Source: Candidatus Vogelbacteria bacterium RIFOXYD1_FULL_44_32 (lineage in GTDB: Bacteria > Patescibacteriota > Minisyncoccia > Phycocordibacterales > XYD1-FULL-46-19). Taken from it: a stretch of 64,000 bases of DNA. A program made the translations under genes and the position numbers. Where the stretch lies: positions 9,844-73,843 of the forward strand of contig MHTJ01000003.1 in NCBI GenBank assembly GCA_001823065.1, written 5' to 3'. Below, in pieces: positions 9,927 through 18,969 of this stretch. The notes under the pieces were generated by a model. That model was not told the origin of the DNA. It saw nothing but the letters and a program-made list of their open reading frames with translations, and made no database searches. Each line of letters starts with the position of its first letter. Position 1 is the first letter of the stretch.

Positions 9927-10963
9927 TTAAGAGTCGCGGTTGGGGCTAGATGTAGTTCCTCAAAACTGAGTTTATGTTCAATGGGCGATTTACCCATCAT
10001 CAATAAAATAGCATTGGCGATGTCAACTTTTGTCGGGTAGAAAAATTCAGTTAAGGCTGTCGAGGTGGGGCAGGGAACATTAGGACAGGCCACCGCCACA
10101 GAAGTATTTTTGAGAGTAATTGATTTGTTTTTTGCCACTAGGGCAATAATTTCCGAACTGACACCAAAGGCCTCGTTGGTGGTGTCAATACATATTAACC
10201 TTCCGGTTTTTTCGACTGATTGCGAAATTGTTTGGGTATCAATCGGGTTTAGACTAACTAGGTCTATTAGTTCGACATCAGTTTCGTGGCCGATCAGTTC
10301 AAGGGCCTCGGTGGCAGAAAAGAGGCCATCGCCATAAGCAACAACAGTAATATCACGCCCAGTTTTAACGATTCGAGCTTTGTCCAATGGTTCCGCATAC
10401 CTTTCTATTGGGACATCTTGTTTTATATTGAAAATCCAGCGTGGTTCAAGAATAACAACTGGTGAGCTTTCCTTTAAGGCTGATATTAAAAGTCCTTTGG
10501 CCATTTTGGGAGTGGCGGGAATAACCACTTTAATACCTGGAACATTTCCAAAAAGGGAATAAAGCGCTTGGGTGTGTTGGGGCCCGTTGCCCCACTGTCG
10601 ACCAATATTAATACGAAAAACTATTGGGACAGGGTTGTTTCCACCAAACATATAATTCCACTTAGCGGCTTGGGTAAACATTTGATCCGAAGCGAGCAGA
10701 CTAAATTCGACTCGACCATGGTGTACAATAGGCCGTAGTCCGTTGATAGCTGCACCTACCGCCATGCCAGTAACTGAAGCTTCTGATACCGGCACATCAA
10801 AAATTCGTTCCGGGTATCTTTCTTTTAGTCCAGCCGTGGTACCATCAGCCCCATTTTTATAGGACACACCAAGGCCAATTACAAAAATAGTTGCATCAAT
10901 TGCCATCATTTGATCGGTTGCTTCTTTGATGGCTTCGGTATATTTTATAATTCGATCAGACAT
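9923..10963 (-). CDS. thiamine-PP enzyme, transketolase C-terminal section / 2-oxoacid dehydrogenase E1 beta-like
   Basis: Shows transketolase pyrimidine-binding and C-terminal domain features (GMAVGAAINGLRPIV, VVIPATP). The likely start MSDRIIKY overlaps the end of the alpha gene by 8 nt. Confidence 0.8.
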   Translation of the reverse strand: MSDRIIKYTEAIKEATDQMMAIDATIFVIGLGVSYKNGADGTTAGLKERYPERIFDVPVSEASVTGMAVGAAINGLRPIVHHGRVEFSLLASDQMFTQAAKWNYMFGGNNPVPIVFRINIGRQWGNGPQHTQALYSLFGNVPGIKVVIPATPKMAKGLLISALKESSPVVILEPRWIFNIKQDVPIERYAEPLDKARIVKTGRDITVVAYGDGLFSATEALELIGHETDVELIDLVSLNPIDTQTISQSVEKTGRLICIDTTNEAFGVSSEIIALVAKNKSITLKNTSVAVACPNVPCPTSTALTEFFYPTKVDIANAILLMMGKSPIEHKLSFEELHLAPTATLN

Positions 10964-11918
10964 ATAAATTAGCGTAGAGATTTTCTTTGTCTGGATATTT
11001 GGCCTCAATGGCGTACTTCAGACTCTTATCAACTTGATTGTGAATTTCTTTTTCAATTTCGACTAGCATATTTTCGGCAATTCCTTCGCTGTAAAGTTGG
11101 TCTTTTAATTTCTTTAGAGAATCTTTTTCAAGGCGGACTTCAAGCACATCTTCTTCACGATAACCTTGAGCATCATCAAATATTGGTGCGCTGTGTGCCA
11201 TATGTCGATAGGTTATACATTCTAAGACGGCTGGCCCTTCGCCATTCTTTATTTTTTCTACTAAACGCTTTGATTTATTAAATACATCTTGATAATCATT
11301 TCCGTCAGCTTTTATATACTCTACTCCAAAACCTGTAACAATTTGTTCTGTATTGTGTTTGGCCGATCTTCGATCTCTCATTTTTGAATTAACTGAATAA
11401 AGATTGTTTTCTACTACGAGTAAAAGGGGTAGATTAAACAGCGCAGCTAAATTTAAGGTTTCATACACTACCCCTTCTTCAAAGGCACCATCACCACAAA
11501 ATACGGCTGTAATATTTTTTTTGGCTGAGTATTTTTGTTCGAAAGAACTGCCATTTGCTAAAGGGACGGCACTTCCTAAAATTGGGGTTGAACCAATAAA
11601 ATTTACTGATTTATCAATCATGTGCATGGAACCACCTTTACCCTTAGCCAGTCCGTCCTCTTTTCCTAAAAGTTCACAGATCATTTTTTTTAAATTGCCG
11701 CCTTTGGCTAAATAGTGACCATGGGAACGGTGGTTACCCATAACCCGATCCTCTTTTTCTAGAGCATTACAAACGCCAACAGCAACCGCTTCTTGACCGA
11801 CACAAAAGTGAACAAAACTCATAACCTTGTTTTCTAAATAATATTTTGCAATTTCCTCTTCCGCTATTCGGATGGAAAGCATCTTTTTATAAGCATCAAG
11901 AAGGAGGGGGGAGGACAT
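10956..11918 (-). CDS. thiamine-PP enzyme, transketolase N-terminal section / E1 alpha-like
   Basis: ThDP-binding motif GDGAFEEGVVYETLNLAALFNLPLLLVVENNLYS. The preferred start is ATG 11918 (MSSPLLL), not the TTG at 11933. Confidence 0.8.
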   Translation of the reverse strand: MSSPLLLDAYKKMLSIRIAEEEIAKYYLENKVMSFVHFCVGQEAVAVGVCNALEKEDRVMGNHRSHGHYLAKGGNLKKMICELLGKEDGLAKGKGGSMHMIDKSVNFIGSTPILGSAVPLANGSSFEQKYSAKKNITAVFCGDGAFEEGVVYETLNLAALFNLPLLLVVENNLYSVNSKMRDRRSAKHNTEQIVTGFGVEYIKADGNDYQDVFNKSKRLVEKIKNGEGPAVLECITYRHMAHSAPIFDDAQGYREEDVLEVRLEKDSLKKLKDQLYSEGIAENMLVEIEKEIHNQVDKSLKYAIEAKYPDKENLYANLYV

Positions 11919-11922
11919 AAAT

Positions 11923-12957
11923 TTACATCTCAATCAAAATCCGGCTCGCCTGGCCTTTTCTGACCAGGTCTATTGCCTCGTTTATTTGCTCGAGCTTAAA
12001 ACGGTGAGTAATAATATGATCAATATTTAATATTCCCGCTTTATGTAATTTAACATAGCGGGGGATATCCTTGCTGGGAGAAAATTTCCCACCCTGAGTC
12101 GCTTTGATCATTTTTCCTTCACCACCAAACAGGTGGTTAGCATTTAATAAGCCTACCGTTTCGCCGGGTTTTGGTTGACCGACCATAATATATCTACCAA
12201 TACCACTTAAAAGGGGAATCGTATTTTCAATCGCTTGTTTATTGCCCGAGGTGTCAATAATAACATCCACCTCCTTGATATTAAATTTTTTATCTAACTC
12301 CTCCACAATATTTTGGGTTTGGGAATTAATAAAAAGATGTGCCCCCAAAGATTCCGCGAGCTCTTTTTTATGGTCATAGATATCAACCGAGATTATCGGG
12401 TAAGCGCTCGCAGCGGTTGCGGCTCGGACGAGGTTGAGTCCCAGTCCACCGGCGCCAATTATCATTATACTCTCGCCAAATTTGACCTCGGCCTCATTAT
12501 TAATCGTCCCTAGAGCGGTAGATAGGCCACAACCAAGAAGGGCACACAGCTCATTTGGGGTATCGTGGGGGACGGGGGTAATCCTATTTTCTGAGACAAT
12601 GGTGTATTCACTGAAAGTAGTAACTTTACCGCTCTTGATTACTTTGTCTTTAAAGAGATAGCTGGGGAAATCTGACTCAATACCATCACCTTTGCGCCAG
12701 TGCATTATAACTTTGTCCCCTTTTTTTACTTTAGTCACGCCCACGCCAGTGTCTTCTACTATACCGGCTCCTTCATGCCCTAAAAGATGGGGGACAAATT
12801 TAGCATTACCTTTATTGCCAGCTATTTCTTGCAACTGGGCGCCACAAATCCCACTAACTAGTACTTTCACTAGGACTTGGCCAAATGTGAGGTCGGTCAA
12901 CCCAACCTCGCCCACAGTCAGAGGGCCATTGATTTCTTCTAAAATAGCCGCTTTCAT
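11923..12957 (-). CDS. zinc-dependent alcohol dehydrogenase (MDR family)
   Basis: GHEGAGIVEDTG zinc-ADH signature, Rossmann GAGGLGLNLV, and a GroES-like N-terminus. Confidence 0.85.
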   Translation of the reverse strand: MKAAILEEINGPLTVGEVGLTDLTFGQVLVKVLVSGICGAQLQEIAGNKGNAKFVPHLLGHEGAGIVEDTGVGVTKVKKGDKVIMHWRKGDGIESDFPSYLFKDKVIKSGKVTTFSEYTIVSENRITPVPHDTPNELCALLGCGLSTALGTINNEAEVKFGESIMIIGAGGLGLNLVRAATAASAYPIISVDIYDHKKELAESLGAHLFINSQTQNIVEELDKKFNIKEVDVIIDTSGNKQAIENTIPLLSGIGRYIMVGQPKPGETVGLLNANHLFGGEGKMIKATQGGKFSPSKDIPRYVKLHKAGILNIDHIITHRFKLEQINEAIDLVRKGQASRILIEM

Positions 12958-13018
12958 TATTTAATCATTCTAGCACAAAGTGCCCCCTCGTCCAGAAAAC
13001 TTCTGCTATACTGTTTTT

Positions 13019-13810
13019 ATGTCCAAAATTATTCTGCTTTTACCTTTTGGCCTTGGGGATCATATTTATTGTAATGCGATTGTTCGGCATTATTGTCAGA
13101 AATATGAGAAAGTGGCAACTTTTTGCCTACCCCAAAACTACCCAACGGTCGCTTTTATGTTTCGTGACTTGCAAAATTTGGTTATTATTGCGGGGGATAA
13201 AAGTTTTGCCAAGCGATTTATTGCTACTCATAGTGGCGATAATGGCGATAGGGAATATGATGAAGCTAAAATAATTGGTTTTGAAAATTTTAATCGTCAA
13301 TCGGGTGAGCTTTTTCAACACCAGCTTTATCGCCTGGCTGGGGTAGATTTTGACCTACTGGAGAAAAATTTTTTGGTAGAGAGAGACCGGGGTCGAGAGG
13401 AAGTTTTGTTTGCAAAAATTGCTCCCAGTGGGAGCTATATTTTTCTCCACGAGGATCGTTCGAGAAATTACACTATTAAGCGCCAGAAAATCAACTTAAA
13501 ATATAAAGTTGTTGAGCCGGACCCTACTCTCACTGACAATATTTTTGATTACTGTACTTTGCTTGAACGAGCCAAGGAAATCCATGTGATAGATTCCTCT
13601 TTTATGTTTTTAGTTGACTGTTTACCTTATCAAAACTCTCAACAAAAATTATATGTTCATCGCTACGCTCGGCCCAATGAAGACTGGAAACTGCCAGTCC
13701 TTAAAAAAGATTGGCAGATTATTACTGTCGGCTATTCAAGACTAGAAAAATTTTATTTCGCCAGCTGGTTTTGGGGGCGAAAAATTATGCGGAAATTTTT
13801 TTCACTTTAA
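13019..13810 (+). CDS. hypothetical protein (weak resemblance to GT9 heptosyltransferase N-terminus: KIILLLPFGLGDHIY)
   Basis: The ORF starts with a likely ATG at 13019. No firm family could be assigned. Confidence 0.4.
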   Translation: MSKIILLLPFGLGDHIYCNAIVRHYCQKYEKVATFCLPQNYPTVAFMFRDLQNLVIIAGDKSFAKRFIATHSGDNGDREYDEAKIIGFENFNRQSGELFQHQLYRLAGVDFDLLEKNFLVERDRGREEVLFAKIAPSGSYIFLHEDRSRNYTIKRQKINLKYKVVEPDPTLTDNIFDYCTLLERAKEIHVIDSSFMFLVDCLPYQNSQQKLYVHRYARPNEDWKLPVLKKDWQIITVGYSRLEKFYFASWFWGRKIMRKFFSL

Positions 13811-14474
13811 AAATAGCTCCACCCCAACCAAAATAGCCTGTTAGCTCGGTGTCAATTTCCGGATGAAGGGCTAAAAATTCTCGCCAAGCCCGGCGTTCAC
13901 CTTTTTGTTCATCAGCTTCAAAACAGTTCCAGTCGTCAAAGAGGATGGCGGTACCGGGTTGGAGGTAGGGATAGATAAAATTGAGCACATCCCGAGCGGA
14001 TTCATATAGGTCAGAATCAATCAAAACCACTTTGGCGGGACCCAGTGGTAAGTGGTTTAGTTTGGCCTTATTTTTGAGCGACTCATTATAAAAACCTTTG
14101 ATCAAATAGACATTATCAGCCAGGCAATTTTTGCTTTTTAGGTTGGCTGTAACTTCCTCGAGGGACGAACGGTATTGACCACGCTTGAAGCGCCAGCCAG
14201 CGTCAATGCCAGTAACATCTGGTAATCCCTCAAACGAGTCAAAGCCAAAATAATGCGCTGTCTGGCCCCAGGTTTTGCCAAGCTTAATTGCCCGATAAAA
14301 TGAATAACCCTCAAAGAGGCCAAATTCATAGTAATCTCCAGCCAGGCTTTGTGTTTGTTTGAAAGCTTGTTTTAAACCCCGAGCCGTGTCTGGGGTCGGC
14401 GTATAGAAAGAATGCCAGCCAAACTTTTTTTTGAGATGATAGTATTTGCGAATCAAACGATCAGATAGTTTCAT
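13785..14474 (-). CDS. TylF/MycF-family (macrocin O-methyltransferase-like) SAM-dependent sugar O-methyltransferase
   Basis: Motifs GDYYEFGLFEGYSF and VVLIDSDLYESARDVLNF are typical of the TylF family. Confidence 0.7.
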   Translation of the reverse strand: MKLSDRLIRKYYHLKKKFGWHSFYTPTPDTARGLKQAFKQTQSLAGDYYEFGLFEGYSFYRAIKLGKTWGQTAHYFGFDSFEGLPDVTGIDAGWRFKRGQYRSSLEEVTANLKSKNCLADNVYLIKGFYNESLKNKAKLNHLPLGPAKVVLIDSDLYESARDVLNFIYPYLQPGTAILFDDWNCFEADEQKGERRAWREFLALHPEIDTELTGYFGWGGAIFKVKKISA

Positions 14475-15207
14475 AGTTGGTATCGAGGAAAATAGAATTA
14501 ATGTAGGTATCGCCAAAAAGAGTATAGCCCTGATGTCTCAATTTTTCAATTATATTGGCTTGTTTTTCGAGGTGTCCAGCCGCATTATAGCGCAACGTTT
14601 CGATGCAGATCACCTTTGGCCGATATATTTTAAAATTGAGCGAGCTAATAATCTCCTCGTCATAACCTTCGGTATCAAGCGACAGCAGGTCCAGGCCGGT
14701 GGGAAAATATTTTATCAGCAGTTCATTGATGGTGGCGAGGGGGATTTTAATTATCTCGCTAATACTTTGGGAGCCATATTTTTGGTCCTTGATATATCGG
14801 TCAGCCTCATCTTGGCGAAAAGTACTTAGGGATTTTGACTTCATAACGTAGAAATTGGTTGCTGGGGAGGGAACCGGAGCCACGCCTAGATTTAGACAAA
14901 TATCATTTTTACGAATTTTTTTGGTGAGAAGACAAAGTTTTGGGTCTGGTTCCACACATACACCATGATTACCTTGAGTGTAAAAAAGGAAGGTATTATT
15001 GTCACGCACCGGATAATTGCTACCAATATCAAGATAGGTTGGACGGCGAATACCTCTAGTGGCGAGTGCCGCCTCAATTATTAGGTCTTCTCCACATTGG
15101 GAGTAGCTCACCTTGTGAGGTTTGGTTAGGCGATATTTAAAAAATTCCCGGTAATTTTTAAGGGTAAAATATTTTTGGAAATTCATTGCAGTCAGAGTAT
15201 ATAACAT
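14461..15207 (-). CDS. FkbM-family methyltransferase
   Basis: The SQCGEDLII motif is characteristic of FkbM/Methyltransf_21 enzymes. Confidence 0.7.
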   Translation of the reverse strand: MLYTLTAMNFQKYFTLKNYREFFKYRLTKPHKVSYSQCGEDLIIEAALATRGIRRPTYLDIGSNYPVRDNNTFLFYTQGNHGVCVEPDPKLCLLTKKIRKNDICLNLGVAPVPSPATNFYVMKSKSLSTFRQDEADRYIKDQKYGSQSISEIIKIPLATINELLIKYFPTGLDLLSLDTEGYDEEIISSLNFKIYRPKVICIETLRYNAAGHLEKQANIIEKLRHQGYTLFGDTYINSIFLDTNYETI

Positions 15208-15275
15208 TTTCCAGATTTATTCATTAGTTGAAAAGTTGACGAAAAATTATTAGTAGACCAAAATACTCCGTCGGT

Positions 15276-15297
15276 TATATTGTGAGAGCACAATATA
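15276..15297. promoter_or_regulatory. palindrome TATATTGTG-AGAG-CACAATATA in the divergent promoter region between the FkbM methyltransferase (minus) and flippase (plus) genes
   Basis: Perfect 9-bp arms. It is a candidate operator. Confidence 0.35.
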
Positions 15298-15360
15298 GCC
15301 TAGTCTATTTTTCGAGCCAAATATTTTGCATGTGGCCTTAGATTAAGCTAGTATTTTCTT

Positions 15361-16635
15361 ATGTTACAAGTGCTTCAAGTTAAGTTTTATCGCTTCCTCC
15401 GGTGGAGCGAACAATACACGAAAACTGATATGGTCTATATGGCTAAAGGCGGGTCTTGGCTTGTCGCGAGCCAAGTGATTTCTTCTTTGTGTTCTTTGGT
15501 TCTAGTGATTGCTTTTGCCAATTTAATTCCCGCCGAATTGTACGGCAAATATCGTTATGTTATTTCAATCATCGGTATTTTGGCGGTCGCGACTTTTCCC
15601 GGCCTAAACTCGGTGGCTATCACCAGTGTGGCTCAAGGCCATGATTCGACTTTCTGGAAATTACTTTATCGGCGGACCCTCTGGTCATTTGTGAGTACTT
15701 TGGCTGGTTTTTTCATCGCCAGCTATTATTATCTACAAGGTAATAATGAACTTGCATTAGTCTTTGTAGTCGCGGCGGTGGCCACCCCACTTTTGAGTAC
15801 CAGTGGCATGTACGCCGCTTTTTTAAATGGTAAAAAAGATTTTCAGCGGTTGGCTCAATGGTCCACCATTGCCAAATTTGGTACAACCGGTGCTTTAGTC
15901 TTGGCCCTCTTTTTTGTCAAAAGTCTCTGGGTTTTATTCTTAGTTTATTTTATTCCAGAGCTAATCATTGAGAGTATTTTTCTGTGGTACTTATATCGGC
16001 ACAATATCAAAGGGGTGGAGTCCGAATTTGATTTTAAGAAATATAGCCATTTTGGTTTTCATTTAAGTTTAATGGAGGTTTTTAAAATTGTGGCCAGTCA
16101 GATAGACAAAATTCTGGTTTTCCATTATCTAGGGGCGACCCAGCTGGCGGTTTATGCGATTGCGACGACAGCGCCAGGACAAATTAAAAGTCTGTTTCAA
16201 AATATGACCACTTTGGCTTTACCAAAATTAAGCGCGGTGACTGAGGAGGATATAAGAGTCAACTTGCCTCAAAAGCTTTTACGGCTCGAATTGCTCATTT
16301 TGGGCTTTGTTGCGTTGTACTGGATTGTGGCGCCGGTTCTTTTTCCACTGTTTTTTCCTCAATACGCCGAGGCTGTGTTTATTTCTCAAATTTTTTCGCT
16401 CTCACTCCTATTTTTTCCTCGAACCTTCCTTTCAACCGCGATGACTGTGCATTTGAAGAAAACAGAAATGTATTGGATCCGCATCGTGGCTCCAGCTATT
16501 CGCATTATTGTTTTTGCAATTGCACTACCTTGGTGGGGGCTGTGGGGAGCGATTATTGGCTCAATTGTTTCTGGCGGTCTCACCGCTTTTGTCTACCAGT
16601 ATTTTTTCCGACGGGCGTTTAGGGGGGTAGTTTAG
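15361..16635 (+). CDS. polysaccharide flippase (Wzx/MOP superfamily)
   Basis: A ~12-TM hydrophobic protein of ~420 aa within a glycan locus. The start may be a downstream ATG (~15430). Confidence 0.65.
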   Translation: MLQVLQVKFYRFLRWSEQYTKTDMVYMAKGGSWLVASQVISSLCSLVLVIAFANLIPAELYGKYRYVISIIGILAVATFPGLNSVAITSVAQGHDSTFWKLLYRRTLWSFVSTLAGFFIASYYYLQGNNELALVFVVAAVATPLLSTSGMYAAFLNGKKDFQRLAQWSTIAKFGTTGALVLALFFVKSLWVLFLVYFIPELIIESIFLWYLYRHNIKGVESEFDFKKYSHFGFHLSLMEVFKIVASQIDKILVFHYLGATQLAVYAIATTAPGQIKSLFQNMTTLALPKLSAVTEEDIRVNLPQKLLRLELLILGFVALYWIVAPVLFPLFFPQYAEAVFISQIFSLSLLFFPRTFLSTAMTVHLKKTEMYWIRIVAPAIRIIVFAIALPWWGLWGAIIGSIVSGGLTAFVYQYFFRRAFRGVV

Positions 16636-16650
16636 TTTCAACCAAAAGAT

Positions 16651-16678
16651 TTGACATATATAATATATATGCTATAAT
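16651..16678 (+). promoter_or_regulatory. sigma70-like promoter (TTGACA -16 nt- TATAAT) upstream of the GC-rich gene
   Basis: Consensus hexamers lie 49 nt upstream of the ATG at 16727. Confidence 0.5.
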
Positions 16679-16726
16679 AGGTGATAGTTAGATTAAACTG
16701 AATATTTACAACTCGGAGGACGAAGG

Positions 16727-17425
16727 ATGAGAAAACTGGATTCTGGTTTACTCAATCAGCCGGTGGTGGCCGCTCAAGTGGCCCTCGCCTACGCTGTGAT
16801 GAGTGACTGGCCGCTGGAGCCGCTGCAGGTCGTGGTGTTGCACGGGCTCTCCGAGGGCATGTACGCCTCGGGGGATTTGTTCCGCTACACGGCAAGGGTG
16901 CAGAGTATTTGTCCGGTGGCGGTGGTTGGTGGTGATGGCCGAACGACTGGTGGCACGGTGCCCCAAGCGTCTTGGATTGGCTTTGAAGCGGTGGTGCAAA
17001 AACTGCTCCAAGCCGGAGTTGACCGACAGTCCATCATCGAGTTGGATCCAACCACCAACTCGAAAGAAGAAGCGGTGGCTATTGTGAAGATGGCCAAAGA
17101 GCGGGGTTTCAGTCGGGTCGGCAGTGTGTCGGTGGCCTACCATGGCGGGCGGATGTTCCCGTATATGGTGGCAGCGATGAAAGAGTTGGGTTACTGGCTT
17201 GACTATCGGATGTTGCCACCAGCGCGGACCGATTGGTGGCTGCCAATGGTCGCAAGCCAAGGGGCAGGGACGACCAACAGTATCGAGGCTACCTTGCTCG
17301 ATGCCGTCAAAATCGAGCGTCATATCGAACAGGGTTTCGCCGCTTCGTTTCCGGAGGTGTTCTACTACCTCGAACATCGGGCGGAGATTGTTCGCACCCA
17401 GGTGTGGGACTACCCCAACACCTGA
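16727..17425 (+). CDS. GC-rich hypothetical protein, tentatively DUF218/YdcF-like
   Basis: It has ~60% GC against ~40% flanks, a GGAGG SD at 16715-16719, an AT-rich sigma70-like promoter upstream and a terminator downstream. Long antisense ORFs here are a high-GC artefact. Confidence 0.55.
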   Translation: MRKLDSGLLNQPVVAAQVALAYAVMSDWPLEPLQVVVLHGLSEGMYASGDLFRYTARVQSICPVAVVGGDGRTTGGTVPQASWIGFEAVVQKLLQAGVDRQSIIELDPTTNSKEEAVAIVKMAKERGFSRVGSVSVAYHGGRMFPYMVAAMKELGYWLDYRMLPPARTDWWLPMVASQGAGTTNSIEATLLDAVKIERHIEQGFAASFPEVFYYLEHRAEIVRTQVWDYPNT

Positions 17426-17448
17426 ATAACCGTTTGCGTTAGGTCCCT

Positions 17449-17476
17449 GGCCGCTCTACAAAGAGCGGCCATTTTT
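17449..17476 (+). terminator. intrinsic terminator (GGCCGCTCT-ACAA-AGAGCGGCC + ATTTTT)
   Basis: A 9-bp stem with a T-run, located after the GC-rich gene. Confidence 0.65.
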
Positions 17477-17533
17477 GTATTTGAAAAGTGGTGGCTGGAG
17501 TGTTAGTATGGAAGTTACTTAAATTTACATTTT

Positions 17534-18493
17534 ATGGCTCGGATATTAATCACTGGCAGTAAAGGAGTAGTCGGAAGCTGGCTCTCTAAAATTTTACAAG
17601 AGCGCGGGCATGCTGTTTTTGGTTTGGATCTCACTCATCAGCTGGGGGCGGTTGGCTTTGAACATGAAATGTCCGCTGGGCATTTTCATTATGCTCGTTG
17701 TGATGTGGCCAATTTTCGTCAGTTAGAGCGTATTTTTGATAAGGCCGGACCCTTTGATTTTGTCTATCACTGTGCGGCCGAATTTGGGCGCTGGAACGGG
17801 GAAGATTATTATGACCAAGTTTGGAACACTAATGCGATTGGTACAAAAAACATAATCAAATTGCAGGAACGTTTGGGCTTTAAACTAATTCATTTTTCTT
17901 CGTCAGAAGTTTATGGTGATTTCCCAGGCGTAATGAAAGAAGAGGTAATGGAAACAACAGAGGTCAAACAACTAAATGATTATGCTTTGTCCAAATGGGT
18001 TAATGAACAACAAATTAGAAATTCCATCACTCAATACAATACGCAAACGATAATTGTTCGTCTGTTTAATACCTTTGGTCCGGGGGAGTGGTATCACCCT
18101 TACCGTAGTGTCAACTGTAAATTTTCTTATCATGCTCTACACGGTTTACCGATTACTGTTTATCGCGGTCACAAACGAACTTCTACTTATCTCGAAGATA
18201 CTTGCACTACTCTGGCCAATATTGTGGACAATTTTAAGGCCGGTGAGATTTACAATATTGGGGGTAAAGAGGAACATGATATTGAAACCTTGGCGGATAT
18301 AATTTGGAATTATACCGGGGCCTCACGAGATCTTATTACCTATAAAGATAGCGAAATTCTGACGACTAAGGTTAAACAAGTAGACACTTCCAAATCCGAA
18401 CGTGATCTTGGCCATACTTTGACTATTGATCTTAAAACCGGGGTAGAAAGAACTATTGATTGGATGAGGCAATATTATGGGTTATCTAAATAA
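17534..18493 (+). CDS. NAD-dependent epimerase/dehydratase (extended SDR, nucleotide-sugar modifying)
   Basis: N-terminal GxxGxxG motif ILITGSKGVVGSWL and a YxxxK motif (YALSK). Confidence 0.8.
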   Translation: MARILITGSKGVVGSWLSKILQERGHAVFGLDLTHQLGAVGFEHEMSAGHFHYARCDVANFRQLERIFDKAGPFDFVYHCAAEFGRWNGEDYYDQVWNTNAIGTKNIIKLQERLGFKLIHFSSSEVYGDFPGVMKEEVMETTEVKQLNDYALSKWVNEQQIRNSITQYNTQTIIVRLFNTFGPGEWYHPYRSVNCKFSYHALHGLPITVYRGHKRTSTYLEDTCTTLANIVDNFKAGEIYNIGGKEEHDIETLADIIWNYTGASRDLITYKDSEILTTKVKQVDTSKSERDLGHTLTIDLKTGVERTIDWMRQYYGLSK

Positions 18494-18521
18494 CCTATAA
18501 TCTTGATATTTACCGCAGTGT

Positions 18522-18965
18522 TTGTTGGCGAAAAAAAACGATGGTAGAACTATTTTACCTATTATGCTTGAAATGTTTAAAATTAAATTTTACCGCTACC
18601 TTTGGTTTGTGCTAATCGGTGCGCTTGGTTCTCTATTTGTGCTTGGAGGCACTTATGTTCTGACCGAGTTTTTGCATTGGTGGTATTTGCTGGCCTATGT
18701 TTTAGCCACTTTCGTGGCTTGGACAGCTGTTTTTTTTCTCAACGCGCAAGTAACTTTTAAGGACCATAACCGCGACCATTATCTGCAACGTTATCTAAGT
18801 TTTTTCGGATTGTACACGATTATTGGTCTTGTTAATTTTGGTTTGGTATTTCTTTTGACTTCAGTCGTCGGCCTTTATTACTTGTTGTCTATTGTTCTCG
18901 TCGTGGTTCCTCTCTCCCTTTTTAATTTCTGGGTCAACCAGATTTATATTTTCAATTCTACCTAA
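18522..18965 (+). CDS. GtrA-family membrane protein
   Basis: A small 4-TM protein starting FKIKFYRYLWFVLIGALG. The start may be an internal ATG at 18564 or 18573. Confidence 0.6.
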   Translation: MLAKKNDGRTILPIMLEMFKIKFYRYLWFVLIGALGSLFVLGGTYVLTEFLHWWYLLAYVLATFVAWTAVFFLNAQVTFKDHNRDHYLQRYLSFFGLYTIIGLVNFGLVFLLTSVVGLYYLLSIVLVVVPLSLFNFWVNQIYIFNST

Positions 18966-18969
18966 AATT

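Noticed and set aside
16748-17442. Several long ORFs on both strands (209, 94, 70, 76, 69 aa) overlapping the 16727-17425 gene
   Set aside because: Overlapping stop-free frames are expected in a ~60% GC segment. Only the 232-aa plus-strand ORF has a promoter, an SD and a terminator.
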